DNA of 64,000 nt. It comes from Octopus vulgaris. Lineage: Eukaryota. The stretch lies in assembly GCA_951406725.2 (NCBI GenBank), contig OX597814.1, positions 215,946,001 to 216,010,000 on the forward strand. Direction: 5' to 3'. The notes beneath the pieces were generated by a model. It saw nothing but the letters and a program-made list of their open reading frames with translations, had not been told where the DNA came from and did no database searches. Positions 28,591-39,244 of the stretch are shown here, piece after piece; position 1 is the stretch's first letter; each line of letters opens with the position of its first letter. The translations under genes were made by a program, and so were the position numbers.

Positions 28591-29759
28591 ATGTATACTA
28601 TGGACGCATAAGAGTTGCTGCAGTGTCAAAGGAAAGCTAACTTGGAAAATAGTTTTTGTATGTGGCAGATGATCAGGAGCAATAAGCACTAAAAATGTGC
28701 AGAGACCAACCTCTGCCACATTCCAGGGAGAAAAACTAGAAATAGTTGATAGCTTCCGTTACCTAGGTGACCAAGTCAGTAGTGGGGGCAGGTGTGCTGA
28801 AAGTGTAACTGCTAGAGTAAGAATAGCTTGGGCAAAGTTCAGAGAGCTCTTACCTCTGCTGGTGACAAAAGGCCTCTCGCTCAGAGTAAAAGGCAGACTG
28901 TATGATGCATGTGTTCGAATAGCCATGCTACATGGCAGTGAAACATAGGCCATGACTGCTGAGGATATGCGTAAGCTCGCAAGAAATGAAGCCAGTATGC
29001 TCCGATGGATGTCTAATGTCAGTGTTCATACTCGACAGAGTGTAAGTACCTTGAGAGAAAAGTTGGGCCTAAGAAGCATCAGTTGTGGTGTGCAAGAGAG
29101 ACATTTGCGCTGGTATGGTCATGTGACGAGAATGGATGAAGATAGTTGTGTGAAAAAGTGCCACATCCTAGCGGTGAGGGAACCTGTGGAAGAGGTAGAC
29201 TCAGGAAAACCTGGGACGAGGTGGTTAAGCACAACCTTCGAACTTTAGGTCTCACTGAGGAAATGACTAGAGGCCGAGACCTATGGAAGTATGCTGTGCG
29301 TGAGAAGACCCAGCAGGACTATTGAGACCATAACCCATGGTCTTTACCTGGGATCAAAACTCTACTTGTGAAGACCTGTTGAGGCAAGTGAGAGATCAGA
29401 ATCAAAATCGAAAGCGATCAACATCAATGGGAATTGTAGCTGTGATACCAGTGCCAGGGGCACATAAGAGATCTATCTGAATGTGGCCATTGCCAGCCTG
29501 GCCTGGCCTCCGTGCCGGTGGCACGTAAAAAGCACCATCCGATCATGGCCGTTTGCCAGCCTCGTCTGGCACCTGTGTCGGTGGCACGTAAAAAGCACCC
29601 ACTACACTCATGGAGTGGTTGGCGTTAGGAAGGGCATCTAGGTGTAGAAACATTGCCAGATCAAGATTGGAGACTGGTGCAGCCTTCTGGCTTCCCAGAC
29701 CCCAGTTGAACCGTCCAACCCATGCTAGCATGGAAAGCAGATGCTAAACGATGATGATG
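28591..29759 (+). mobile_element. Duplicate of the RTE-like LINE fragment at 21611-22779
   Basis: Near-identical sequence and identical ORF translations. Confidence 0.9.
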
Positions 29760-29886
29760 AATATAGGGGAATACAGTTCTGTCAAAAACTCCTGTTTTCA
29801 AAATTTTGATTTTCCCCCCACCTCTGCCCCAATTTCTTAATTTTAAATTTGTTTTTAAATATTGTTTTTTTTTCAATTCATTGTGT

Positions 29887-32800
29887 GTCAACATCTCTGA
29901 GATTGAAACAAGACACTTATTGAAAGTGAAACAAAACACTTATTTACGGCCGTAAATAGACTACACCCAGCAGCACAGAAAGGGAAATCTATGTAGGTTA
30001 GGTTTCACGAAGAAATCAAAACATTTCTCCTGCGAAACAATACTGATGTAAGAAGGTCGAACCTTACGTTATAACAAACACTAAGCAAAACCTGTAATAT
30101 ATGCTCTTTAATATATTATTTTTTTTAATGTTTTAAAATGTTACTAAGCTCATTTATAAATTAATTCAATTCTTCGATCTTTCTGGGCAAATATATCTAT
30201 CACATTTTCATAGAAATCTTCTCTTTTCATCAATTCTTGTAATAAATCTTTTTCAATTGACATTAGTGCTAACCCAGACAGTCTTCTTTCTCCTGTCGCA
30301 TTTCTTTGGTATGTTTTAATTCTACTTAATGCAGAAAATGATCGCTCTATAGACGGAATTGTCAAAATCAACTTGCACAGATTGAAGAGTTCTGGCATAG
30401 CTTCAACAAGATCAGTGCTGTTAATGTAACTCATTAAATGACTTACACTTGGTTTTTTAAAATCTTTCATTGAATACATCACATTGAGCTCACTTTGTAA
30501 TCGTATTACATCAAAAAATCTGCCATAAGTTGTTCTTAAAGAATCTAAAGAGTCCACAGGAAATTGTTTGCAATACTCATCAACTTTGTTGAAATTCAAA
30601 AGTTCCATGAATTTAAACTCTTCTAAGGATGAATATCGTGCTTTTATTTGGTCAACTATTGTACTTATAATTTTGTTATAAAACGTTCTATAATGTCGTT
30701 GGGGATCAATAGATATATTCTTGGATCTCTGAATTCCGATTCCTGCATCGACTCCATATTTTTCCCCTAACCTATCATAAAAGACTGAAAAATTATCAAG
30801 TTTGTTTTCGAGTACAGTTCTAGTTTTATCTATTTGCTGTTTACAATACACTATGTCATGACTTTTACTCTGGAGTATGTTAAATAAAATATCAGTAAAA
30901 GAAAAAATGTCACTGAATACCTCTAACAAAAATAAGAAATCAGGAGCTTTTAAAGTGTGTAAGAATCCAATTGCTGAATTTATGGTGGTATCATCCCATG
31001 CTTCAGGATTTTCAATGATGTGTTCAAAAAGGCTGATTATGAAATTATAATTTTCCTTTGTGGTAATAATAAGATGTGAGGAGTAATTCCATCTAGTTGC
31101 TGTTGCTTTCAGAAATCTTTTTTTAACAATGTTATCTAATGCATTAGCCCTTTTCGGTGATTTCGTAAAAAATGTACCGAGTCCGTTTATTGTAGCAAAA
31201 AATATCTTGCATTCTTTCATAGCAGAGCATGATTGTGAAAGAACTAAATTTAGGATATGGGCACAACAATATAAAGATCGCACATTCATATTTCTTACTT
31301 TTGCCTGTAACCCATTTAGTTGTCCTGCCATTGTAGCGGCACCATCATATGTCTGCGCAATCAATTTGTTTCCACATTCCCACGTCTCAATGCATTTAAA
31401 AACATGTTCAGATAAAGCATTTGCAGATCGATCTGCACTAACATCACTAAAACCGATAAATCGTTCTTTCGTCACACAGTCTTCTGTAACATAACGTAAA
31501 ACTGTTGACAGTTGTGAAGATGCTGAGACATCAGATGTCTCATCAACAAGAATAGAAACAAACTTAGCTTGGTCAATTTCCTTCTGCATCTCATTCAACA
31601 TAATTTTATGAATTGCTTCAATCAAGTCATTTTGAATTCTGTTCGACAGACCAGTGAAGATAGAAGCTGTATCTAAATGACTTTCCATTTGTTTGTCATA
31701 TTTACTGAACAAATAAACAAGTTCTTTATAATTTCCCCGATTATTAGAGCCTTCAGATTCAAAATGACCCCGAAACGATAATTCCTGGTGGCCTAAAAAA
31801 ATAACAACATCAATCAATCGTTGCAGAATGGATCTGTTTCGTCGAACTTTCTCATTATGCTGTTGTATGCTTTGATTTTTACGTGCATCTAATTGTAAGT
31901 CTATGCGAACATTCCCGAATATTTTAAGGTCTATCAAACATTTTATATGCCTTTGAGAACGCTCGTGCTTTAGCATAGCCATATGTAAATTATTTAAATC
32001 ATCATAGCCTTTATCATTCCAAACATTTTTTTCTAAGCCAAAAAGTAAACACGGCCAACAGAATAATTTATTAAGAGCAACACTTCCAGTTAACCATTTC
32101 TTCTTTTCATATGAATTAACCTGAAATTGTTTCGTGAATTTCTTGTTGTAGCTTCGCAAATTAGGTAAATTCGGTGTTGGTCTCCCACGATTTATAATTA
32201 ATTTTTTCCCATCGAAGTCCCTTTTAGAAAAACTAGTTCTCAAAATATCGTTTATAACACACATTTCACTCATTTTGAAAAAGGCTGCTCTTATTTAAGG
32301 ACCCACATGGAAGCGCCGGCGTAAATTTTAAGTCAATTTCAACAAAACGGAAAAATACCCTTTGTTAAATTAATTTAAGATTAATTAGCTATTTCTGAAA
32401 TAAGAAATATAATATAGATATTTTTGCTTTCAAAACTTTCTAAAAATATGATAGTGCTAACGGATGTTTTGGATAAAAGATTTCAAACTTACATGCGAAG
32501 GCTATTCCAACATTTCAGCTGGCTAACTCTAGAATTATGGGACAGCTCTTGTTCCAGTCAAAATAGCCAGAGAGGCGTGATATGCGGTCTTAGCACAGCA
32601 TGACACGCCAAACTGAATTTGTTGAATCACTGAGAGAGAAGGGGGTGACCATTTCTCCTAGCATATCTTTTAAACAAGTCACTAAGAGAGAGAGGAAGAA
32701 GGGACAAACTACCAAAGACAGAGAGAAGGGGGTCTCATGCGATCTTCCCAACGCATGACAAGCGATAAATTTATCGAGTCACTAAAATAGAGAGAGAGAG

Positions 32801-32980
32801 GAAGGAAGGACAAACTAATACAGACAGAGAGGGAGTGTGTATCATGCGATCTTCTAAAAACATTTATCAAAGCAGATGTACGAAGGGGAGACAATATTTC
32901 TAAAACAACTGGACGTATTTTCTTTGAAACAAAGAAGGCATGCAGCGCATACCTTGCATTGCTGAGAGTGCACGCCCCTG
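29887..32980 (-). mobile_element. Second hAT copy lacking its 3' end and TIR
   Basis: Corresponds to 24742-27837. Only the TIR ending at 32980 remains. Confidence 0.9.
30150..32273 (-). CDS. hAT transposase, 707 aa uninterrupted ORF (ZMYM1/DUF4371-like)
   Basis: LFCWPCLLF...KHERSQRH Zn finger, FRGH, DETSD, YDGA, CCAH, TRW and ERSFSAL motifs all in one frame. Confidence 0.88.
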   Translation of the reverse strand: MSEMCVINDILRTSFSKRDFDGKKLIINRGRPTPNLPNLRSYNKKFTKQFQVNSYEKKKWLTGSVALNKLFCWPCLLFGLEKNVWNDKGYDDLNNLHMAMLKHERSQRHIKCLIDLKIFGNVRIDLQLDARKNQSIQQHNEKVRRNRSILQRLIDVVIFLGHQELSFRGHFESEGSNNRGNYKELVYLFSKYDKQMESHLDTASIFTGLSNRIQNDLIEAIHKIMLNEMQKEIDQAKFVSILVDETSDVSASSQLSTVLRYVTEDCVTKERFIGFSDVSADRSANALSEHVFKCIETWECGNKLIAQTYDGAATMAGQLNGLQAKVRNMNVRSLYCCAHILNLVLSQSCSAMKECKIFFATINGLGTFFTKSPKRANALDNIVKKRFLKATATRWNYSSHLIITTKENYNFIISLFEHIIENPEAWDDTTINSAIGFLHTLKAPDFLFLLEVFSDIFSFTDILFNILQSKSHDIVYCKQQIDKTRTVLENKLDNFSVFYDRLGEKYGVDAGIGIQRSKNISIDPQRHYRTFYNKIISTIVDQIKARYSSLEEFKFMELLNFNKVDEYCKQFPVDSLDSLRTTYGRFFDVIRLQSELNVMYSMKDFKKPSVSHLMSYINSTDLVEAMPELFNLCKLILTIPSIERSFSALSRIKTYQRNATGERRLSGLALMSIEKDLLQELMKREDFYENVIDIFAQKDRRIELIYK

Positions 32981-33877
32981 GTGTGTATGTATATATGTGT
33001 GTGTGTATATATATATATATGCATATCTAAAAATCATTAAATTCAAAGATAAAAACAAATTAATTAATAAAAGATCTGAATTTAAACCATCTTGTATGCA
33101 TAAATTAACTAAAACCTTCAAACATTATAAGGCTTAAAGTTCATAATCCTTAATTCTCCACTGTAATACCTTCATAGTCATTTACAACATAGTTATCTCC
33201 AGCATTTCTCAATTATTTTTTCCATATAATCTCTGCTTCTGTACTTTGATGTTGTGATTTTTCTTATTTAATGTATCTCTCTCACCTTTATTATTTTTCT
33301 TATGATTTTTCTCTAATTTTTCCTTTCCTATTTCTTGCCTATGTTCTCCTAATTTCCTTTTTCTTATTATATTTTCTTTTTTCCTATCTTTTTCCTATCC
33401 TTTCTGGGATTTTTCTGATTTTACTTTGTTGGTGGGAGGGGGCACAAAAGGACGAAGACAAGAGAGAGGGGGGGAAAGAAAGGAAAAAATAAAGAAAGAG
33501 GGAAAGAAAGAAAGAAAGGAAGAAAAGAAAGAAAGAAGGGAAAGAGAGAAAGAAAACATGTAAACAAAAACCCATGTATCATGTTACGGCCTTTTAACGC
33601 CGCACCCAAGAAATCAAAATGAAAGCAATAAAATTAAGATTGAAAACGAATCATTGTAAAAAGATGATGTAACATGTAAATATATTTCCGTAATCAACAA
33701 ACATTACAGAGTAACCTTTTACTAAAGCGGCTTCAATTCATAGAAAACCTGTTGGGAAATCTTGGATAAATGATTCCCACGTTTTCACTAAAAACCATAC
33801 AGCATTTCAAACTTTTAATTTGTGCCTCTCGCTCCGCATTTATCAATGTATACAGGTATTGTATATGTCTGTGTGTG

Positions 33878-34240
33878 GAGGCTCAATGGCCCAGTGGTTA
33901 GGGCAGCGGACTCGAGATTGTAGGATCGCAGTTTTGATTCCCAGACCCAACGCTGTGAGTATTTATTGAGCAAAAACACATAAAGCTCCACGAGGCCACG
34001 GCAGTGGGTGGTGGCAAACCCTGCTGTACTCTTTCACCGCAACTTTCTCTCAGTCCTCCTTCCTGTTGTACCTGTATTTCAAAGGGCCAGCCTTGTCACA
34101 CTCTGTGTCATGCTGAATCTCCTTGAGAGATTCACATATCTGTGGAGTACTCAGCCACTTGCACGTTAATTTCACGAGCAGGCTGTTCCGTTGATCGGAT
34201 CAACTGGAACCCTCATCGTCGCAACCGACGGAGTGCCTCG
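33878..34240 (+). mobile_element. tRNA-derived SINE
   Basis: A box TGGCCCAGTGG and degenerate B box GTTTTGATTCC. Body shared with 7325-7605 and 7900-8035. Confidence 0.7.
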
Positions 34241-34454
34241 ATGTGTGTGTGTATATGTATGAAATAAATACTATATCTGTATGTATGTATGTATGGAGAT
34301 TCAAACCAAATCCAAACGAGTCTTCGCATACCTCATTGGTTGGTTCTCACTACAACTCCTGTTTCAAACCTAGCCCGGATTTGCTATATTTTCATTCTAC
34401 TGGGGCAGTCATTTGTCACAAAACCCCATCGTCTCAAATATTCTTTTCTTCTCG

Positions 34455-34640
34455 AGGCACAAGGCCCGAAATTTTTGGGAAGGAGGCCAGTCGATTAGAT
34501 CAACCCTAGGATGCAACTGGTACTTATTTTATAGACCCTGAAAGGATGAAAGGCAAAGTCGACTTTGGCAGAATTTGAACTCAGAAAGTAAAGACAGACA
34601 AAATAACGCTAAGTATTTCGCTCGGCGTGCTAACGTTTCT
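34455..34640 (-). mobile_element. SINE family member (also at ~23880-24020, ~59060-59250, ~11815-11910)
   Basis: Shared core AACTGGTACTTATTTTAT.GACCC.GAAAGGATGAAAGGCAAAGTCGAC...GAATTTGAACTC. Confidence 0.65.
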
Positions 34641-35279
34641 GATGTGTTAGTATCCCTGTTAATGAAACAATTGTCCTTCTAAGATGTGTCCTATATGAGA
34701 ATATTTGGCTGCCATTTCTAGCTTGATGTACATTAAAACTTGCAACATAATCTTACGGAACCCGGGTAAAAAGAAGTCACAGGAAAACTATGGGAGGTTT
34801 GTCCTCTGGGGGAGGGGATTGTCCGAGGAGGCTTTTGTCCTGGGTGGGGTGGGGGACAAATTATTTGTGACTTTATTACAGGTCTTCATTTTATGACCAG
34901 GAAAACATGACATACCTTACACAGGTGCCCCCTCCATCGATTTTGTTTGTTCGTAACTTTCAGAAAAGTTGATGTTCTTGAATGAAATTTACTAGAAATA
35001 GCTTCAAGAGGTTCCAATGATGGGGGAAAATATCGATGGCTTTGCAGACATACATAATGACACACATCACATATAACCACAAAACTTGGAAATACGTACA
35101 CACGCGCACACACACATGCACACACAAACACACACACATTCTTAAAATTGAGAGGAAACAAATCCATATAGTTATAATGTAGTGAAAAGAATTGAAAGTG
35201 ATTTTGTAAAGTACTTGTAAAGCAATGGAGAGACGGGATTAAAGAAATTAAATTAGGAAGATGTAAAACGAAAACTTAC

Positions 35280-35400
35280 CTCGTAACAACTCTGAGTAAA
35301 ACTGAAACTTGAATCTTTATTTAATCGTTTTTAAGCTGTTGATTGGTTTAACAATAACTTTGTATGACATCAGTGTTTTTCACAGAAAAAAAACACTTCC
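35280..35400 (-). promoter_or_regulatory. Candidate promoter and short non-coding first exon of the RRM-PARP gene
   Basis: Strong donor GAG|GTAAGT at 35280/35279. Minus-strand AGTTTCAGTTTT (ISRE-like, 35298-35309), CCAAT (35342-35346), TGATGTCA (35365-35372) and GGAAGT (35395-35400). Confidence 0.35.
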
Positions 35401-35475
35401 CCTCTGCCCTCTTCTATACAATTTACCTTGAAATAAATTTTATTATTATTATGTACAACAGACGACATGAAAAAT

Positions 35476-37777
35476 ATGTTTCTTTATTATCCACACAGGG
35501 CTGAACACAGACAGGACAAATTACAAAGTAGAGCTTTTCTTTTTGGGGGAGAAAAAAAAACAATCAATAGGGATCGTGTATCACAGAAATGTCATGATGT
35601 AATGTGTAAAGGGGGAAGCAAATAAGGTTTATCCGTGGAAAGAAATGCCTACGGAAAAGACCATGGTAACCTCGGTCAATAATGTCACATATTAACACAT
35701 TTGTTTGCAAGTAGGTAACCCTCTGTTTTAAATTTTTCCGGGTTCGTAAGATTATGGTCAAGGTGGCTTCGTCATTCATACGTGCCATCCTTGCTACATT
35801 CACCCATCTTTTTTTTAAACATTCGCTAGACAAAACTGGCCTCTCTACTCTCACTTTCCTTTTCAAGTGATACTTGAAGAAGTTGATGAGAGATTGACCA
35901 GAGAGGAAAGTATTTGTCTCTAATCCTTTCAGATGCGTCCACCAGATACATTCTTTCACCATAGCCACAAGTATGATGAAAATAGCTCTTCCTTCCCGTT
36001 TGAAGAAAGGAGGCGTGACGATATTGACGATAGACTCAGCTGATAAACCGACTCATCCCACACGTAACAGCAGTCATTTGACATAAGCCCACAGGTTGGA
36101 AATGGTTGGACATTGCATGAGTGCATGCAGAACATTTTCATCGCTCTGACCACAGGTCGGCCCTGTGTTTCTCGAGCTGTGTCTGTAGAGCTTATCCTAA
36201 ACAGGTAGCGCTTCTTGGTAGCACTACCAAGCCAGGGATCTCTGGAAGTTGTCCATAGGTCCTGGCCCGAAAGTCGTCCTGAACAGGCGGGTCAGGTATT
36301 CCTCATCAACACTCAGGTTCACCCCAAGCTCGTTGTACCTCCCCTTCACTAATCCCCTAAAGAATGCTTTGGTTGTGTTGAAGTCGCTTAAGGTCAACCC
36401 AGGACAGCATAGTTGCTTGAGAGCAACGCGACACTCGCGGTGCCATTTGCCCTTCCTCGGACTCTTTTTGATCCATGACTGCAGTGTGGTCATGGAGACA
36501 AGTTGCAGGAAAGCGTTCCTCACAAACGGCGACCACACCTGTTCACCGTCGTCTACATAGAGCCGGAGATGTCGCAGTCTCAGCGCGTGTCTGCGCATCA
36601 TCAACTACAGCATGCCCAGTCCTCCTTTTAACGGGTGTTGACAGCAAATGGATTGCTTGACCATCAGGACACATACTTTCCACAAGAAGCGGTAGGGAAT
36701 GCGTTCTAGTTTGGTGATGGAAGGGTCAGGACAAGGTACAACGGTCAGGCGGTAGTAGATGATGGACGCGATGTACATGTTCGCCACCTCCACCTGAACT
36801 TTTAGGGACAGTTTCCTCTCGGCCTATTGCCGGTGAGAGTGACCACCCTACTCGTTATCTCATTCCAGTTCTTCTCCATTTGGAGGTCCGGACCAAACCA
36901 GACTCCAAGCAACTCAACCTGACCATCGGTCCAGCATCCCACAATGGACGCGCTGGTGGACGGCATGGGTTTGCTTCTCCAGGTGCCAAGCCACAAGCCC
37001 ACTGACTTTTTCTGGTTGATTTTTGCTCCTGTCACCGCTTTGTAGTCTTCCTGTGTCTCACCAACCTACTCAATGTGCTCGTGGCTAGACACTATGACAG
37101 TGACGTCGTCCACGTATGCGGAAACGCTTGACCCGCATCCCAATTCTCGCGGGATGTCCCTCAGAGTCACCAGCTTCCGCAGTAATTGCTCGAGAGTCAA
37201 TACGTATAGAAGCGACGAGAGGGGGCATCCCTGACAGACCAAATGTGCAATGTCGAAAGGTCTTGATAGATGTCCATTTACGCGAATTACCGAGCGGATA
37301 CCTCTGTACAAAGCAGCTATCCAGCCGCGGAAGACGGGACCGAAACCAGCCACTCTGAGGACCGCCTCTAAGTATCGATAGTCTACCCTATCGAAAGCTT
37401 TTGATTGATCCAAATTGATCAGGACCCCACCCATGCCAGGTTCCTTAACTATCCTGTCTATGATGTTGCGTATCAGATGGAGGTTGCCATGGATGCTCCA
37501 GCCCACACAGTGCACGTTTGTGCCTTGTTGACCAGTTTCTCGATGACAAGCGCCAACCTCTTGGCTAACACCTTAGCCAAAATTTTCAAGTCTGCATTAA
37601 GCAGAGTGATGGGCATAAAGTTATCTATTAAGTCCCCTTTGTTTAGATCTTTCTTCAGCAGTGTTACAGCTCCTTGGCTCACAAAACCAGGGATGCTCCC
37701 ATTTTGCTGCCAATTGCCGTGCACCACTGCCAAAATGTCTCCAAATAAGTCTGGCATACAACTGTAAAGCTCGTAGG
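35476..37777 (-). mobile_element. 5'-truncated, decayed Tx1/L1-clade LINE (RT)
   Basis: PITLLNADLKILAKVLA, LDQSKAFDRV, QGCPLSSLLY, SAYVDD, LLGVWFG and GGLGM motifs across frameshifts. Confidence 0.88.
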
Positions 37778-38497
37778 GTAGTTTTCAAAAGAAGAAAACC
37801 TGAAACAGTTTTTATAGGAAATAAAAGTGAATGTAGGTCACCTCGATAGAATTTATTTGGTTTTCTCCAGTGGTGGCCACTAGTTGGCATTTATTTTTCC
37901 ACAAACCTTCAGTGTGTCTATGCACATACACATGCATGCACACACACACACAATCATGCACGCGTACATATATATATTAGTAGCAGATAGCATTTTCCCA
38001 CAAGTCCCCCACCTGTTATTCTCTCCTGTTACACTAGGAAATTTATGAAAGTATAGTGACTTCTTAGATCTTTTCGAAGCATCTATATGTCAAATGCATG
38101 CTACAGAGGAAAAAGCCTTTGTATAGTTTCCCATAATTTAGTTAGGAATAATATATATATATGTATATATATACATATATATATTTATATATAAATCAAA
38201 TCAAAAATCGAAATCGATCAACATCAATGGAAATTGCAGCTGTGATACCAGTGCCGGTGGTACATAAGAGAACCATCTGAACGTGGCCGTTGCCAGCATC
38301 GACCTGACTGGCCTCAAGCCGGTGGCACGTAAAAGCACCCACTACACTCACGGAGTGGTTGGCGTTAGGAAGGGCATCCAGCCATAGAAACATTGCCAGA
38401 TCAGACTGGGCCTGGTGCAGCCTTCTGGCTTCCAGACCCCAGTTGAACCATCCAACCCATGCTAGCATGGAAAGCGGACGCTAAACAATGATGATGA

Positions 38498-38545
<48 letters not shown>

Positions 38546-39244
38546 TCAACCAAGTCGGTTTTCTTTCTCTTTGGTCAGTGGATGTTTACTGAAAGGGCCT
38601 CTAACTTTATAATTTCAACAACACAAACCTTACTCTCTCTACCTACCCTTATTTTGTTAGCCTGTCCTTCTCTAGTAGTCACTCACAGATGAAGATAACT
38701 ACCATAGACGATGGACCATAATGGCTAATGACCAGTGTATACAACCACCATAATAATCATATAAATAAAATGACCATCCAAACAAAAAATTAATATTGTC
38801 CTTCACTCATTTATTCGACTCATTGCAAAACTTGACCGTTGTAATTGGTGAGTTCGTTCTTATGATTGGTGACCAAAACATGCACACACACATACATACA
38901 AATACACACATACATACCATACATACATGACATACAGCCATGCACACACACATACATATACACATGCATACACACTCATACATATATACAAACATACATG
39001 CATATGTATGTCATTGTTCAGTTTTATTTCAAGATTTCTTGCCAATAAAGAAAGAACCGGTTTCTAACTTAGATCTAAGGCTCCTTCATTGGAATTTCAA
39101 CATCAACAACAGGGTATGTATGTGTCTATGTATATATGTATGTATGTATGCATGTATGTATGTATGCATGCATGTATGTATGCATGAATGTATGTATGCG
39201 TGTATGTATGTATCTATGTATGTATGTTATGCATGTATATGTCA

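Larger units (their letters stand above)
21610..33737. repeat. Tandem segmental duplication: 21610-28592 copied to 28590-33737, with 22907-24741 missing from copy 2
   Basis: Offset 6980 for the first block and ~5145 for the second. AAT microhomology at the duplication junction and a blunt deletion junction at 29886/29887. Confidence 0.92.

Noticed and set aside
30150-32273. Calling this a ZMYM1 host gene
   Set aside because: It lies within a TIR/TSD-bounded hAT element and has no MYM fingers.
33878-33950. tRNA genes at SINE heads (also 10605, 13635, 59560)
   Set aside because: Degenerate boxes, no complete cloverleaf, and they continue into SINE bodies.
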